NCBI GenBank assembly: GCA_044892525.1
Contig: CM097885.1
Location: 39,310,001 to 39,374,000, forward strand
Direction of reading: 5' to 3'
Length of the DNA: 64,000 bases
From: Schmidtea polychroa
Taxonomy: Eukaryota
The position numbers and the translations under genes are program-made. Of the stretch, positions 10,090 through 21,204 are shown piece after piece (the first letter of the stretch is position 1; each line of letters opens with the position of its first letter). The notes below the pieces were generated by a model that had not been told where the DNA came from, made no database searches, and saw only the letters and a list, made by a program, of their open reading frames with translations.

Positions 10090-10940
10090 TTTACCATCGG
10101 CTCTCTGGCTGGTTTACTCAACTCACTAATTTCATTTAAATCATTTCGCTCAATTACCATCGGCTCCCTGGCCGGTTTAATCAACTCATTTTAATCATAA
10201 TTGAAGTCTTTTACGACTCCTAGACGCCTGGGCTTTTACACCATTACGCCGTATTCGCGGTCTTCGGTCCCTGACCGGTTTCAAATGCCCTAAATGAGGT
10301 TTCTTCAACCCCCAGACGCCTTCGGGTTTTACACCTACTATCGTCCCTACCGCGATTAAATTGAGTTGACAGTTGACTTTCGGGTTAATTAACAATTCAA
10401 GGCTCCTCCTACTCAAATTCCTAATTTGCTGAGGCCTCACAACTGGCTCAATTCTTAGCCGCTTATTGAAAAGAGTCTAATACCGGTAACTCTAATCTCA
10501 TCACCGTTTCACTGGGCCTATCGGTACTCGGTGTGGGCATCCGGGTTTTGTACCGACCCCGGCTAGCAATAATCACGAAGAAAAAACATCCTATCTGTCA
10601 GGATTTAAAAAACACGGAAATACCTAATCGCCTTGATCGTGATTCTCAAAAGTGATGAACCAGATCTCCCGACTAGTGAAGCTAAAGGGAAATTGGATAT
10701 GCAGTTGACTCTCGGTCTCCCACCTCACAACTGGTCCAATCTTGGTTGCCTGTTGAGTACGAGTCCTTTACCGGTTGACTCGCATCTCACAACCGTTTCA
10801 CTGGGCTCCTTGATACTCGGTGTAAGTAACTGGGTATCTCTCGCTCGCTACCCTTCCGGGTTTTTGTATCAAGTCCCGCTAGCAACTCGAAAAAAGTGCG
10901 CCCAATACTCGGTGTGGTATCCGGGTTTTTGTATTGGGTG
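10090..10940. repeat. Dispersed imperfect direct repeats in the retroelement leader
   Basis: ttaccatcggctc..tggc.ggttta.tcaactca at ~10091 and ~10154. taccggt...accgtttcactggg...tactcggtgt...tccgggttt(t)tgta...gctagcaa at ~10481-10569 and ~10769-10885, with a partial third copy at ~10907-10934. Confidence 0.75.
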
Positions 10941-11667
10941 ATCCAGCATCATCAGTCCCTTGGCTGATAATCTCCTGGACACTACAGTCCGGTGGTTAGC
11001 CGCTGTACTCGGGTGCCTCATCACTCGCTAGGGAAAAATCATTATTCCTCATCTGATTTGAAGTCCAAAAACGGTTTCTTCAAATCCGCAGCTGCTCTCG
11101 GATTAAATTTTTTAACATTTAGCGCGCGTTTTTCAATTTTTATTTTTATTTTTCTATTTTTATTCACCCTTTTTAGTTAGTCCCAGTCTCCCAGACAAAA
11201 AAAATATAATAATCGCGTTGGTTCATTTCCCACAAGTGGTGATCAGTCACTCGACAGAAACTCCCCAACATTTGCGATGGATCCTACTACATTCTCTCGT
11301 CAGGGTGATCAGGATTTCCCCATTCGGGCAAGTGTCGTAAGGACGATTCACTTGTCATCCCCTCATTATCGTATCACTCTATGCCAAAATAATAAAACAG
11401 GAAGGAAAGAAAATTGGAAATAAAAAATCGTACTGATCTTAGCGATCAGCTCATCCATACGACTATGATCAGTCCTGCATTCAATTTTGATTTAGTTCTA
11501 ATTGCTGTGTTGCTTGTCTATTTATTTAACGTATTTTGTGTCCTTTATATGTCTATGTTCATCGTATGTTTTATACCTTTCGGTTGCTATAATGGAATTT
11601 TTTAATATAATTTAATAATTTTATCACTTCATATTCATTCACAAGAAATTTATTTGACGACATCTCC

Positions 11668-12150
11668 TTACGGAATGTATATTACAATTTTCTCTCTAAC
11701 ATTCGTATCGCATACGTTGCATCGTTTAATTTTCTCTGCGCAATTCTCGCAGTAACATAAATGACCACATGGGATCGTCATTACTCGTATTTCATTGATT
11801 CTGCACATGAAGCATTTTCTAAAATCTTTCACTTGACGTTCGATCGCTTCTTTAATTTCTTCTTCGATCGTCCCCATTTTCATCATTATCTCCTGCCATT
11901 TGATGTTAAATTTGGCATCATCTAATCGTAAATTTTGGATTTGATAAACTCTTTTAGTGGTCAATTCCGCATTAGGTGTTGCTATTTTCATCATTACACA
12001 TATTTCCTCAGCTTGCGGTCTTGGATTCAAGCTCATCTCATCTTGGATTTTCACCAACTGGTCCGCTTTGCGATTTAGCCGTTGTAACGAATTGTGTGTT
12101 AAATCTACGAATTTTTCGAGTCTCTTTGTAATGTAGCCGGTTGATTCCAT
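11668..12150 (-). CDS. Coiled-coil plus C-terminal RING-HC finger (IAP/MYLIP-type zf-C3HC4_3), putative E3 ubiquitin ligase
   Basis: CFMC...VMTIPCGHLCYCENCAEKIKRCNVC..VREKIVIY at the extreme C-terminus, as in IAP-type RINGs. ATG start; located ~690 bp downstream of the PBS. Confidence 0.88.
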   Translation of the reverse strand: MESTGYITKRLEKFVDLTHNSLQRLNRKADQLVKIQDEMSLNPRPQAEEICVMMKIATPNAELTTKRVYQIQNLRLDDAKFNIKWQEIMMKMGTIEEEIKEAIERQVKDFRKCFMCRINEIRVMTIPCGHLCYCENCAEKIKRCNVCDTNVREKIVIYIP

Positions 12151-12837
12151 CTAATTAAGATTTATTAATTAAAGTTCTTTTTATTAATATTCGCGTCATT
12201 TTCCCCCTTTATCATTTTCCCTCTAATATCCAGAATACCTTATTTTATTAGTGCTTCAATAAACCTTTACATTCTACTTATCACTCTTAACAACCCCGTC
12301 TCCCTCTGTTTAATGTTCTATCCTGCGCAAATTTTTCTCATGATTTTATTATAATCGTTTCATTATATATAACCCATATCCCATTCGTTATCGCCCTATT
12401 TTACACGTTTTCGATTAAGTTTAATTACATTGTTCATTTGTTCTATCTTTATTAGCGTGCTATCCCCCCTTTTCCCTATTTTTTAAATTTTTATTATTTC
12501 TTTATATTTACATTCTACTAATCGTTAATATTTACAATTTTTATTATATTTTTGTTTTCGTTTTAATTTTCGTTTATTATCATTCATTCTATTACTACGC
12601 TATTCGTACAGTGTTCTCATACTCACTTTCAATATATTCATATGTTGTCATACTTTAAAACTCTCATCATTCATTTAAACATTCCACCTATATTTCATCA
12701 TATTCGCACGTCCATGTACTAAATTTAAGTGTTTGGGAAAACAATTTGCTCGTTCCTGAATGCATATTACTTTATATCAGCTTTTACTCTCTCCGTTATA
12801 TCTATTCTCGGGTTCTTTCACTAATCAAATCTTCACT

Positions 12838-12855
12838 ATCCCGGCTGAGCCCCCA
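12838..12855 (-). promoter_or_regulatory. Primer binding site for tRNA-Pro
   Basis: Minus strand TGGGGGCTCAGCCGGGAT matches the canonical tRNA-Pro PBS TGGGGGCTCGTCCGGGAT at 16/18 positions and lies 4 nt after the LTR-type end ...CATACA. Confidence 0.9.
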
Positions 12856-12859
12856 ATTT

Positions 12860-14855
12860 TGTATGGTGGGTTACTGGTGGTCGAATGTTTAAGTGCTGTT
12901 ACCAGCGTAACCCAACATGCAACATTGTCTTTCCGCTTGGTACCCGTTGAGTAATCAACGTTGGTACTGTACCAAGGGTTGAGTACTCGCAAAAAGTGAG
13001 CGCATCAAGGCACTATAATTGTCGAGTACTCCATGGGTTCACGGACTACCGATAGAAGGTGTGTGTCCGATTTCTCAGGTCCCTCATCAAAATTGTTTTC
13101 CCAACCTTACGCACAAACTCTCATTTCTCAGGCAATCATAAAATATATCGGATATTATTTTAGTACTAAGAAATATGTATTATTTTAACAAAAAATATAT
13201 TCTTTTAATACTACAAAATATACACAACACCCTACAAGGATATATAAACCAGAATAAAAGTTCAACCCGGCTTGTTGGTAGAGCTGGCCAACCCCGTCGT
13301 AGACGCTTGCGATGAATTTGCTTGCCGCTCGTACTCGGCCAGCCTGGCCTTCTTCAGTTTTCCCGAATGTTTCGCCCAAGCCGTTTTCTTTTGGGCTTAT
13401 TTTCGGCGGCTGGGGGATATATCGCCGCGAGTTCAACGGTCAGTGGCTGGATTTGTCTTGCCACGGCCTCTTGCACCACCTGCTCATTTCGCTCGGTCTC
13501 GAGTGCCCGCACCTGCAATTTCAGGGCGCGGATCTCCATTTGGTCCTGAGCGGCCTGTGTTTGTAGCTGGAGGATCTGGGGAGTTTTCTTCTTCATTGCT
13601 TCGGGACTAAACCAGGTCCCCTCGAACTCCCGGCATTTCCCTTTCAATTTGTCCACTCGGACTCGGAGTTCGTCAGCACGTTTCTGAGCCTGCTCTCGAT
13701 CTTTACGCAGGTTCTCCATTAGCTTGTACACTAAAAGGAGTCTCATTAGTTTTGTTTATACCAAAAAAAATTTTATAGAATAAATTATTGGTAAGATTAA
13801 ATAATATTGTTATTCGCGCTTATCGCTAGGCCATTTTTATAACCCCTCCATCTACCAACTGACTCATGCAACCAACAGAAAGGAAGAATACTTTACGTAA
13901 GAACAACCACTCTACGGTTTCTAATACTCAACTATGATACTAATAAAATCGACTAAATCAAAATACTTTATTTAAACACAAACACTTGACGATATCTAAT
14001 ACTAAGGGAATAGACTAGGTTATGTTAATTGTCCTCCAATAATCACGACTAATGTTTGCGGGGCCGCTTGGTCTCGAGCCTCCTGCAACCGGTTATTCTT
14101 CGGCTCCACCTTCACCCATGCCGGGGCATCCGCTTCGGGGCCCGTCCGGATTACTCGAGCTGACCCCACCGATGTATATGGTACCAGATGTACCGGGTCC
14201 GGAGACGGGTGATCGTCTGCTGGTCAGTACCCTCGTCACTGCTAGAGCTAGATTGCGACATGTCTGTAATATAAATATTAAGACCCGTGTATAGCCCGTG
14301 TGGCTTATAAATTTAAAGTACGATAAAATATACAACATTTTATTCACCAAAAGTTATTTACCACTAGTTGGTAATTTAAAAATTCTTATGTCAATTCTTT
14401 GCCATTTTCTGGAAATTATCGAATTACTACTGAATTCGGGCACGCCGGGGTGATGGGTATTAGCGACGAGCTTAGTTTCTCGTTTGCTTACCTCTCCATT
14501 GGTTGTGTTCGTCATGAGTGGTACAGTCGACTTTCATGCATTTGAGGTAATTCATTTATTTACCGTAAATTTTGATTCCCAGGAATGTTGGATGATAACT
14601 TTTCCTGGTTGGAGATGGATGAGCCTAGTTTTGGGAGATCATCCTACGATTCATAATTTTTGATTCTTAGTGGCTTGGTAATATGATTTGTTGTTCATAA
14701 TAAAAGAAAAATCTTATGTTTTTATTAATAGTAATTTAATCTTCTAATAAACGAAGTTATATATTTGCCATTCATTCAGGATTTAAAGGGGGTAGTTTAT
14801 ATGTTGGATCAGGTACTCTCACCCATATCCTCAGCTAACCTAGATGGTGTTAACA
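12860..14855 (-). repeat. Putative 5' LTR; inner end firm, outer end uncertain
   Basis: The inner CA end next to the PBS is at 12860. A candidate TG start is tgttaaca ending at 14855. The partner LTR is not in the window. Confidence 0.45.
13354..13746 (-). CDS. Coiled-coil ORF or exon inside the putative LTR
   Basis: GC-richer 130-aa ORF with heptad character (LRKDREQAQKRADELRVRVDKL; QMEIRALKLQVRALETE). A splice-acceptor-like ctaat...ctccttttag lies at 13731. Confidence 0.5.
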   Translation of the reverse strand: MRLLLVYKLMENLRKDREQAQKRADELRVRVDKLKGKCREFEGTWFSPEAMKKKTPQILQLQTQAAQDQMEIRALKLQVRALETERNEQVVQEAVARQIQPLTVELAAIYPPAAENKPKRKRLGRNIREN

Positions 14856-15009
14856 TTTTCTAGGGGTAGGGGTGTTGCTAAAAATAACTTTCTAGTATTT
14901 CAGACATTCCTATTAGTTCAAAAAGGTTGATTCCAAATTTAACTCCGGGGGGAAATCCTAAATCAATATTTGATTTAGATTTTTATTTTTGTGAACTACA
15001 ACTTATGAA

Positions 15010-15390
15010 TAGGGACAATGATAGTATTAGCGATAATAATAACGACAATAATAATAATAATAGTAATAATGATAATAATAATAATAATGGTAATAATAAT
15101 AATAATAATAATAAGATTAATAATAATAATAATAATAATAGCAATATTAATAGTAATATTGATGGTAGTAATGATGATAATAATAATGATAATAATAATA
15201 ATAATAGTAATAATAATAATAATAGTAATATTAATGATAACATTAATGGTAATAATGATAATAATAATAATAATAATCATAATGATAATAAGGATAATAT
15301 CAATTATAATATTGATAGTGATAATAATAATAATAATAATAATAATAAGAATAAAGATGATACTGATACTAATAATAATAATGGTGACGA
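15010..15390. repeat. Degenerate (AAT)n microsatellite
   Basis: Continuous aat/agt/gat triplets. Confidence 0.95.
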
Positions 15391-15599
15391 TTTAGAATGA
15401 TAACTGGAAATATAATCACTCTCAATTCATACTTTATAATTTTAACAAAACTAATTTACATTTCTAATTTTAACGTCGAATGCTTCGATGTAAGCTATGG
15501 TAGCTACTTGTACTTTATATCTTCATGGTCAAATTTTGATTATAGCTAATTATAATTCATTTCTACATTTATACTTTGTAGTTATACCTAGGTACAAAT

Positions 15600-16090
15600 T
15601 ATATTTTATAATACGACTTTACCTCAAATTATTCGTATTCCCTACTCTTATAGTTAGAACTTATAATTATTTATAATTTATATTCCTAAATATTTTATAT
15701 ATAACTAATTATAATTTATAACTTTATATTTTATAATTTATAATTTTACCTTACCATTTATAATTTTATATTTTGTAGTTTATAAATTTATATTTTATAA
15801 TTGCCAATTTTACATTTTATAATTTATAGTTTTTAATTTTTTTCAATTTATAAGTTTATATTCTATAATTTCTAACTTTATATTTTATAATTTTATGTTT
15901 TTCAATTTATGAGTTTGTACTTTGAAATTTTACGTTTTCTATTTACAATTTCGTAGTTTGTAATCTATAAATTTATATTTTATAATCCGTAATTTTATGC
16001 TTTATAAAGAGTAATTCTAGGTTCTACAATTTATCATTTTATTACTTCACCACTCGTCATTTCATAATTCAGGGTTTATAATTTTATAGT
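15600..16090. repeat. AT-rich low-complexity repeat (ttttataattta-type)
   Basis: Recurrent ttataatttatattt motifs. Confidence 0.7.
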
Positions 16091-16807
16091 CGACTCGTAT
16101 ACTTCTTTATGAGTACCCTTTTTGATCAATATTGTCTTCTAAAATTATTCGCAGATTTCTTGGTACTATTAGGGTATAATTTCAGAATATTGACGAGTCT
16201 ACAGTCTATACAAAACTAGTTCTAAGTTAATTGATCCTTATGCTAAAATTTATTTACTATTATCCCCATCTGAAACTTATTATCAAGACTTCTCCATTAT
16301 CAATTTATATTTTCAGGGTCGATATAATTTATATCTAAAATCTCATAATTATCTATAACTTGCATTTTGACTATAATTAGCAAATTTTATAATAAGTACT
16401 TATATCTTTATAAATATTTAAGATGGGCGCTTGAATTAATAGATCTGTAATTTAATCGGTTAGATTTGTAATATCTATAGGTAGATTGAATTTATTCGCA
16501 TAGTAATTAATCTCGAAGTCCCAACTAGATGAGGTTATACCCACACATATGCCGGACACTTTATCATTTCTATTACTTGAGTTACTACAAATTTCTATTA
16601 CCAAAATCGGATTCGGCATATGTCTAAGTACAACTGGAATGGCTATTATTGATCAACCGACTTCATTAAGGTGATTGTGTAAGGTTAGGTATGAGTTCTA
16701 CTCAGATTAAGACCTTATTGTAGAGATATTTGACATTGATTTTTAATGTTGATTTTAAATTTGTATTACGTACAAAGTCGGGAAGAATATTGCTTCCATG
16801 GCCCCAC

Positions 16808-17157
16808 TGTGACCACTTCCACAAACCTTAGTGTTGAGTGTTGAGTCAACCATTTACGGTCGACCTTACATAAATACAAAGAGTCAGACGGAGGGTTTCC
16901 TCGACCTAACTCCGTGGCAGAACCACAAAGTAGTTCGACCTTCGAAGGACCCGAACAAAAGAAATCATATAGTATCGATCAATATAGTACGAATAATGCA
17001 TGTTGGTAGGTTGCATAAAAATTTTATTCGATATCTTCCAATGCAGGACGGAATAGAGACGCACCGTGACGCCGCTGATCAGTCATATTTATCTAAATAA
17101 CAACGAATTTAGTAAGAATAATTTAATTATAGAATGGTGTTCATTAAAATGGTTACA
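16808..17157. repeat. Possible LTR-like segment (mirror copy at 38321-38670)
   Basis: 350-bp GC-richer island bounded by TGTGACCA...TGGTTACA (7/8 inverted match). No TSD seen. Confidence 0.3.
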
Positions 17158-18427
17158 TACATGGTTAACATAAAAACAATGCAATCAAAAAATACCTACT
17201 ATCAGTTTCCTTCAAAATTTGGTCAACAAAAAATTTTGGCATAAATGACTAAATTATGCCCGAAACGTGTCGGTATATATACCTATTTTGTACACGTGTA
17301 TGTATTGATACAGTAAAACAAACTCGAATTCTTTTTATTCCAGAATTTTCTATTTAGCGATTTTGCTATTTTTAATGGCAATTTTTGTGCCATAATTTTT
17401 GTTTTTATTTTTATATTTTTAATTTTTAATTATTTTTCGTTAATTTGCCGTCCATGATGGATTTGGAACGGTTCCAGAACATTCTATTTTACTTTTAATT
17501 TAATTTTTATTCTAACTGATGTTTTGTGAATTTCTTTTTAAGATTTATTATTTTTAATACTAATTTATTTATTTTCTCTAACTTTTATTGTTCTAGTGGC
17601 TATTGTGATGGTCATTGCCATTTATGTAATGTTCTGGGTTTTTCTTGAATTTTTTCGGTTTTTATCGTCTTTTAAGTTGTTCGAGTCTGTTTTATGCTTA
17701 TCTGTGTTTATTTGGTTGTTTTTGAGTTCTATTTTTGCATCACTTCTTGCTTTTGGATAATTTTATTTAATTTCTGTGTTAATGTTTTTTGTTGTTTTTC
17801 CTTTAATTACTATTGTTTATTTGATGTAATTTTATTATTTAACTCTACTTTGTGCTTTTTTACTTGCTGTGTACCTACACATTTCGGTCATAATTAGAAG
17901 TTTGGGTCTAGAAATCAGTTCTAGCCCAACATTACTATCATCATCCAGCAATATAATCAGTACAAAGTTTTCACACTCCTACTCCGGCATTCATCTGTTT
18001 CATATATTTAAAGACTATTTCTCGTCTGATATCAGGACAGTACATGCCAAAATCTGTTAATGATTGAAGGAACTGTTTTAACTGGTATTGTGACTTCCTT
18101 ACCCAAAAGTAAAATCAGGCGAAACTGGAAGAAAGTGAATGAGCTGGTAAATCTGCATTTGAATGTAAAATAAAATTGAAATAGTTAACTTATCAAGCAT
18201 TATTGGGGCTTTATAAATGTTTAAGATCCATAAAATCATCTGCAAGTGGTATATTTCTTTGAGTAAGAATATTTGAAAGTGAAAGTCGAATCAGCAAATG
18301 TAAAATTTATTAAATATATATAAACCAATAAAATTAATTAAAATTCCAATAAATTTCAAAAGATTCGCTATGAATGTATCCATATATTAAATAAACCAAC
18401 TCCTATAAAACTAACAATATAATACAA

Positions 18428-19363
18428 ATGGTTAAAAAAGTTTGGAAAAGCGTTAATGTCGATTTTACGATAAAAAGCAACAATAACATAATTGAGAATT
18501 CGGAAATTAGCGAAAATATTACAACGATTACTGCTGAATTGAGAAAAGCTTTGCCAACAACAACACATGCCAATCGTCAACTTGAAGAAGTTAATAAACT
18601 ACCAATCGATGGTCCATTTTATTTGGCATTTTCTAATCTGAATTTTGATGTTGATGAAGAGTGCATTAGAAATCTGTTTAAAGGTTTAGATTTGGTGGAT
18701 ATTTATTTCAATCCGAGAAAGCGAGGAACTGGCAATATAGAATTCAGAAGTTTGGACAATTTGAAATCGGCGTTGGAATTTAATGGACAAGTTTTCGTCG
18801 GTAGAGCAATTAATTTGACATTAATCATGGACATAGACAAAGAAAAGAAATTTAACACATTTCTAGATAAGAATGGTTGTTTTCACAAAGATGAAAAGAA
18901 ATCTAAAGCAGATGAATCTGAAAATTGGAGAAGTAAGATAGTTGTTGAAAGGAAAGAAACAAAACCAAGTGATAGCGATAATTGGAGAGTAAAGAAAAAT
19001 GTTGAAATGAAAGAAACCAAGCCAAGTAATAGTAATAATTGGAGAGTAAAGAAAACTATTGAAATGAAAGAAACTAAGCCAAGTGATAGCGATAATTGGA
19101 GAGTAAAGACAAATGTTGAAATGAAAGTATTCAAACCGAGATATAACAATAATTGGAGAGAAAAGAAAAGTGTTGAAATGAAAGAAACAAAACCTAGTGA
19201 TAGTGATAATTGGAGAATAAAGAAAGATGTTAAAGTAACAGAATCAAAAGACTGTAGCAGTGGAACACAGAGAATTGCAAATATGCGTGATACCAAAACA
19301 GAAAATCTTCGAGAAAACAAAACAGCCGAAAAAGAAAATTCTTGGAGATTAGTTAAAAAATAA
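18428..19363 (+). CDS. eIF4B: Divergent eIF4B-like protein (RRM plus 19-aa NWR repeats), copy 1
   Basis: ALPTTTHANR..KLPIDGPFYLAFSNLNFDVDEECIRNLFKGL..RGTGNIEFRSLDNLKSAL resembles the eIF4B pattern ILPTAPRAAR..LPKSPPYTAFLGNLPYDVTEESIKEFFRGL..KGFGYAEFEDLDSLLSAL. Six NWR motifs at 57-bp spacing. AATAAA at 19591. Confidence 0.75.
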   Translation: MVKKVWKSVNVDFTIKSNNNIIENSEISENITTITAELRKALPTTTHANRQLEEVNKLPIDGPFYLAFSNLNFDVDEECIRNLFKGLDLVDIYFNPRKRGTGNIEFRSLDNLKSALEFNGQVFVGRAINLTLIMDIDKEKKFNTFLDKNGCFHKDEKKSKADESENWRSKIVVERKETKPSDSDNWRVKKNVEMKETKPSNSNNWRVKKTIEMKETKPSDSDNWRVKTNVEMKVFKPRYNNNWREKKSVEMKETKPSDSDNWRIKKDVKVTESKDCSSGTQRIANMRDTKTENLRENKTAEKENSWRLVKK

Positions 19364-20619
19364 ATTTTTCCTTTCTATATTTGTTTAATATTATGATTGT
19401 TGTTTTTTCTTTAGAGTGTTTAATATATTTATTTTTCAATGTAAAATGTTTGATATATATCTTTAATATTAAATTGTATTTTTATGATAGTAGTTTGTTT
19501 GCAAAACTGATAATGAGAAAGTACATAAATCTCTATTTTATTTTTGTTATGATAGAACATTTTAAGGATACGTTTGAAATTATATTTATCAATAAAAATT
19601 AAAATTTCTAAGTTTATTTAAATATATTAAATATCTAAGTTTATTTATATTGTAATTAAAATCAATTTCATAATTTTAATAAAATAATAGACCTAGAAAA
19701 TTTCGAAAGATAGGGAAATAGAATGTAAGTAATTATATTTATTACTCATTATTTAGTCAACTTTCATGTTATAGATAATAGTTGACATATGTTTAGATAA
19801 TTGGTTTTTATTTTTTCATTGAAAGGTCAGATTTGGTCTATGATTACCGTATGTGTGCGTGTGTAAGTAACTGAGTGATAAGGTTACTGTTACTTGACAC
19901 CCAACAAAAAACATTTATGACGTCACTACACAGGTATGCAATATTGAGTATTATATATTTTTTACAATTAACAGTCAAACATATTAGTTTTGCAAATTGA
20001 ATTCAACAAGCTAGGATTGATTGAATATTAAAAATATGTTGCAGTTGAAATCAGATTATGGTGAATATTTATAGGATGACTTTTATTATAGTATTTAATT
20101 TTATTCAAAACAATTTCTATTTTAACGCATAGATAAAATTCAAAAAACTTTGACAAATAACTATTATGTCATTGAATTAGTTTTCATAAAATATTATTAT
20201 ATATGAATATTAATAGACAATCTATGTATTATTTTATGAAAGTTAATTAATAGCAGCTTAAAAATACTCAAAGACCTTTCCTAATGTTATTGAACACCAA
20301 TAAAACATCATTTATTCCATTTCAAAAATTAAATATTTTTACTCTTATTTGAAATAAACTCAATGGTAGTTTATTAAGTACGTGACATAGCATTTAATTT
20401 ATTTCATTATAAAGCTCTTTTCGTTTCTTGAAACCTTGATAATTTATCTTAATATGTTGGCTTAATTTAATAAATTTCGATCTATCTTGACTCTTATTAT
20501 CGGTAGATTTAACATTTGTCGACATCAAAATAAAGTCAAAAGACAATCAAGAATCATTGAATTAAGAGAAATCTTTTTATATTTACAGTAGGTAGATAGT
20601 AGCCCACGGGAACAATTAA

Positions 20620-21000
20620 ATTAAGTAGATTAAGGTTCTTAAAAATTAAATTACAGTAAATAATGGTTCTAAAAATTGAATTAAAGTAAATTATGGTCCA
20701 AATTTTTTCAATTAAAGTAAATTATGGTTCTAAAAAATTAAATTACAGTAAATTATGGTTCTAAAAATTAAATTAAAGTAAATTATGGTTCTAAATTTTT
20801 CAAATACAGTAAATTATGGTCCAAATTTTGAATTACAGTAAATTATGGTTCTAAAAATTAAATTAAAGTAAATTATGGTCCAAATTTTAAAATTAAAGTA
20901 AATTTAGGTTCTAAAAATTAAATTAAAGTTAATTAAGGTCCAAATTTTAAAATTAAGTAATCAATGGTAAAAAATTTTAAATAAGTAAATTAAAGTAAGA
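20620..21000 (+). repeat. ~30-bp subterminal minisatellite (aaattaaagtaaattatggttctaaaaatt); inverted copies at ~34350-34870 and 39196-39645
   Basis: More than 10 tandem imperfect units per block. Confidence 0.9.
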
Positions 21001-21204
21001 TTTTAAAATTTATTAACAAAAAGTTGAAGGTGTTTGAGAATTGAAATTTTTTAATGAAAATTTTTATGGAATAATTTTTTAAGTAATTTTTAATGGAAAT
21101 TTTTATGAAATATTTTTCAAAGATAATTTTAAATGGAAATTTTTAAGATAATTTTTAATGAAAATTTTTATGAAATATTTTTCAAAGACAAATTTTAATA
21201 ATAA

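Larger units (their letters stand above)
1..14855 (-). mobile_element. Env-carrying Ty3/gypsy-like LTR retroelement (endogenous retrovirus-like); no pol visible; continues off the left edge of the window
   Basis: Minus-strand order: LTR end ...CCATACA (12860), PBS-Pro, RING ORF, gag (capsid plus 3 CCHC), Ubl/MATH ORF, env-like ORF. The outer boundary (14855) is tentative. Confidence 0.85.

Noticed and set aside
10480..10960. Hammerhead ribozyme (CTGATGA and GAAAC words on the minus strand)
   Set aside because: The core words are not arranged with the required stems and spacing.
14927..15400. Poly-Asn, poly-Ile and poly-Leu ORFs
   Set aside because: These are translations of the (AAT)n microsatellite in several frames.
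18050..18170. Possible 49-nt intron (gtaag...ttaacag) on the minus strand upstream of the eIF4B-like gene
   Set aside because: The spliced frames I checked close quickly; no supportable gene model.
18923..19220. Regularly spaced repeats as a CRISPR array
   Set aside because: They are in-frame coding repeats with no unique spacers and no cas genes, in a eukaryotic context.
18883..19320. 145-aa hydrophobic antisense ORF in the array units
   Set aside because: Reverse-frame shadow of the 57-bp coding repeat.
19381..19602. 73-aa ORF after each eIF4B-like copy
   Set aside because: TTG start, AT-rich 3' UTR containing the AATAAA signal; its recurrence only reflects recent duplication.
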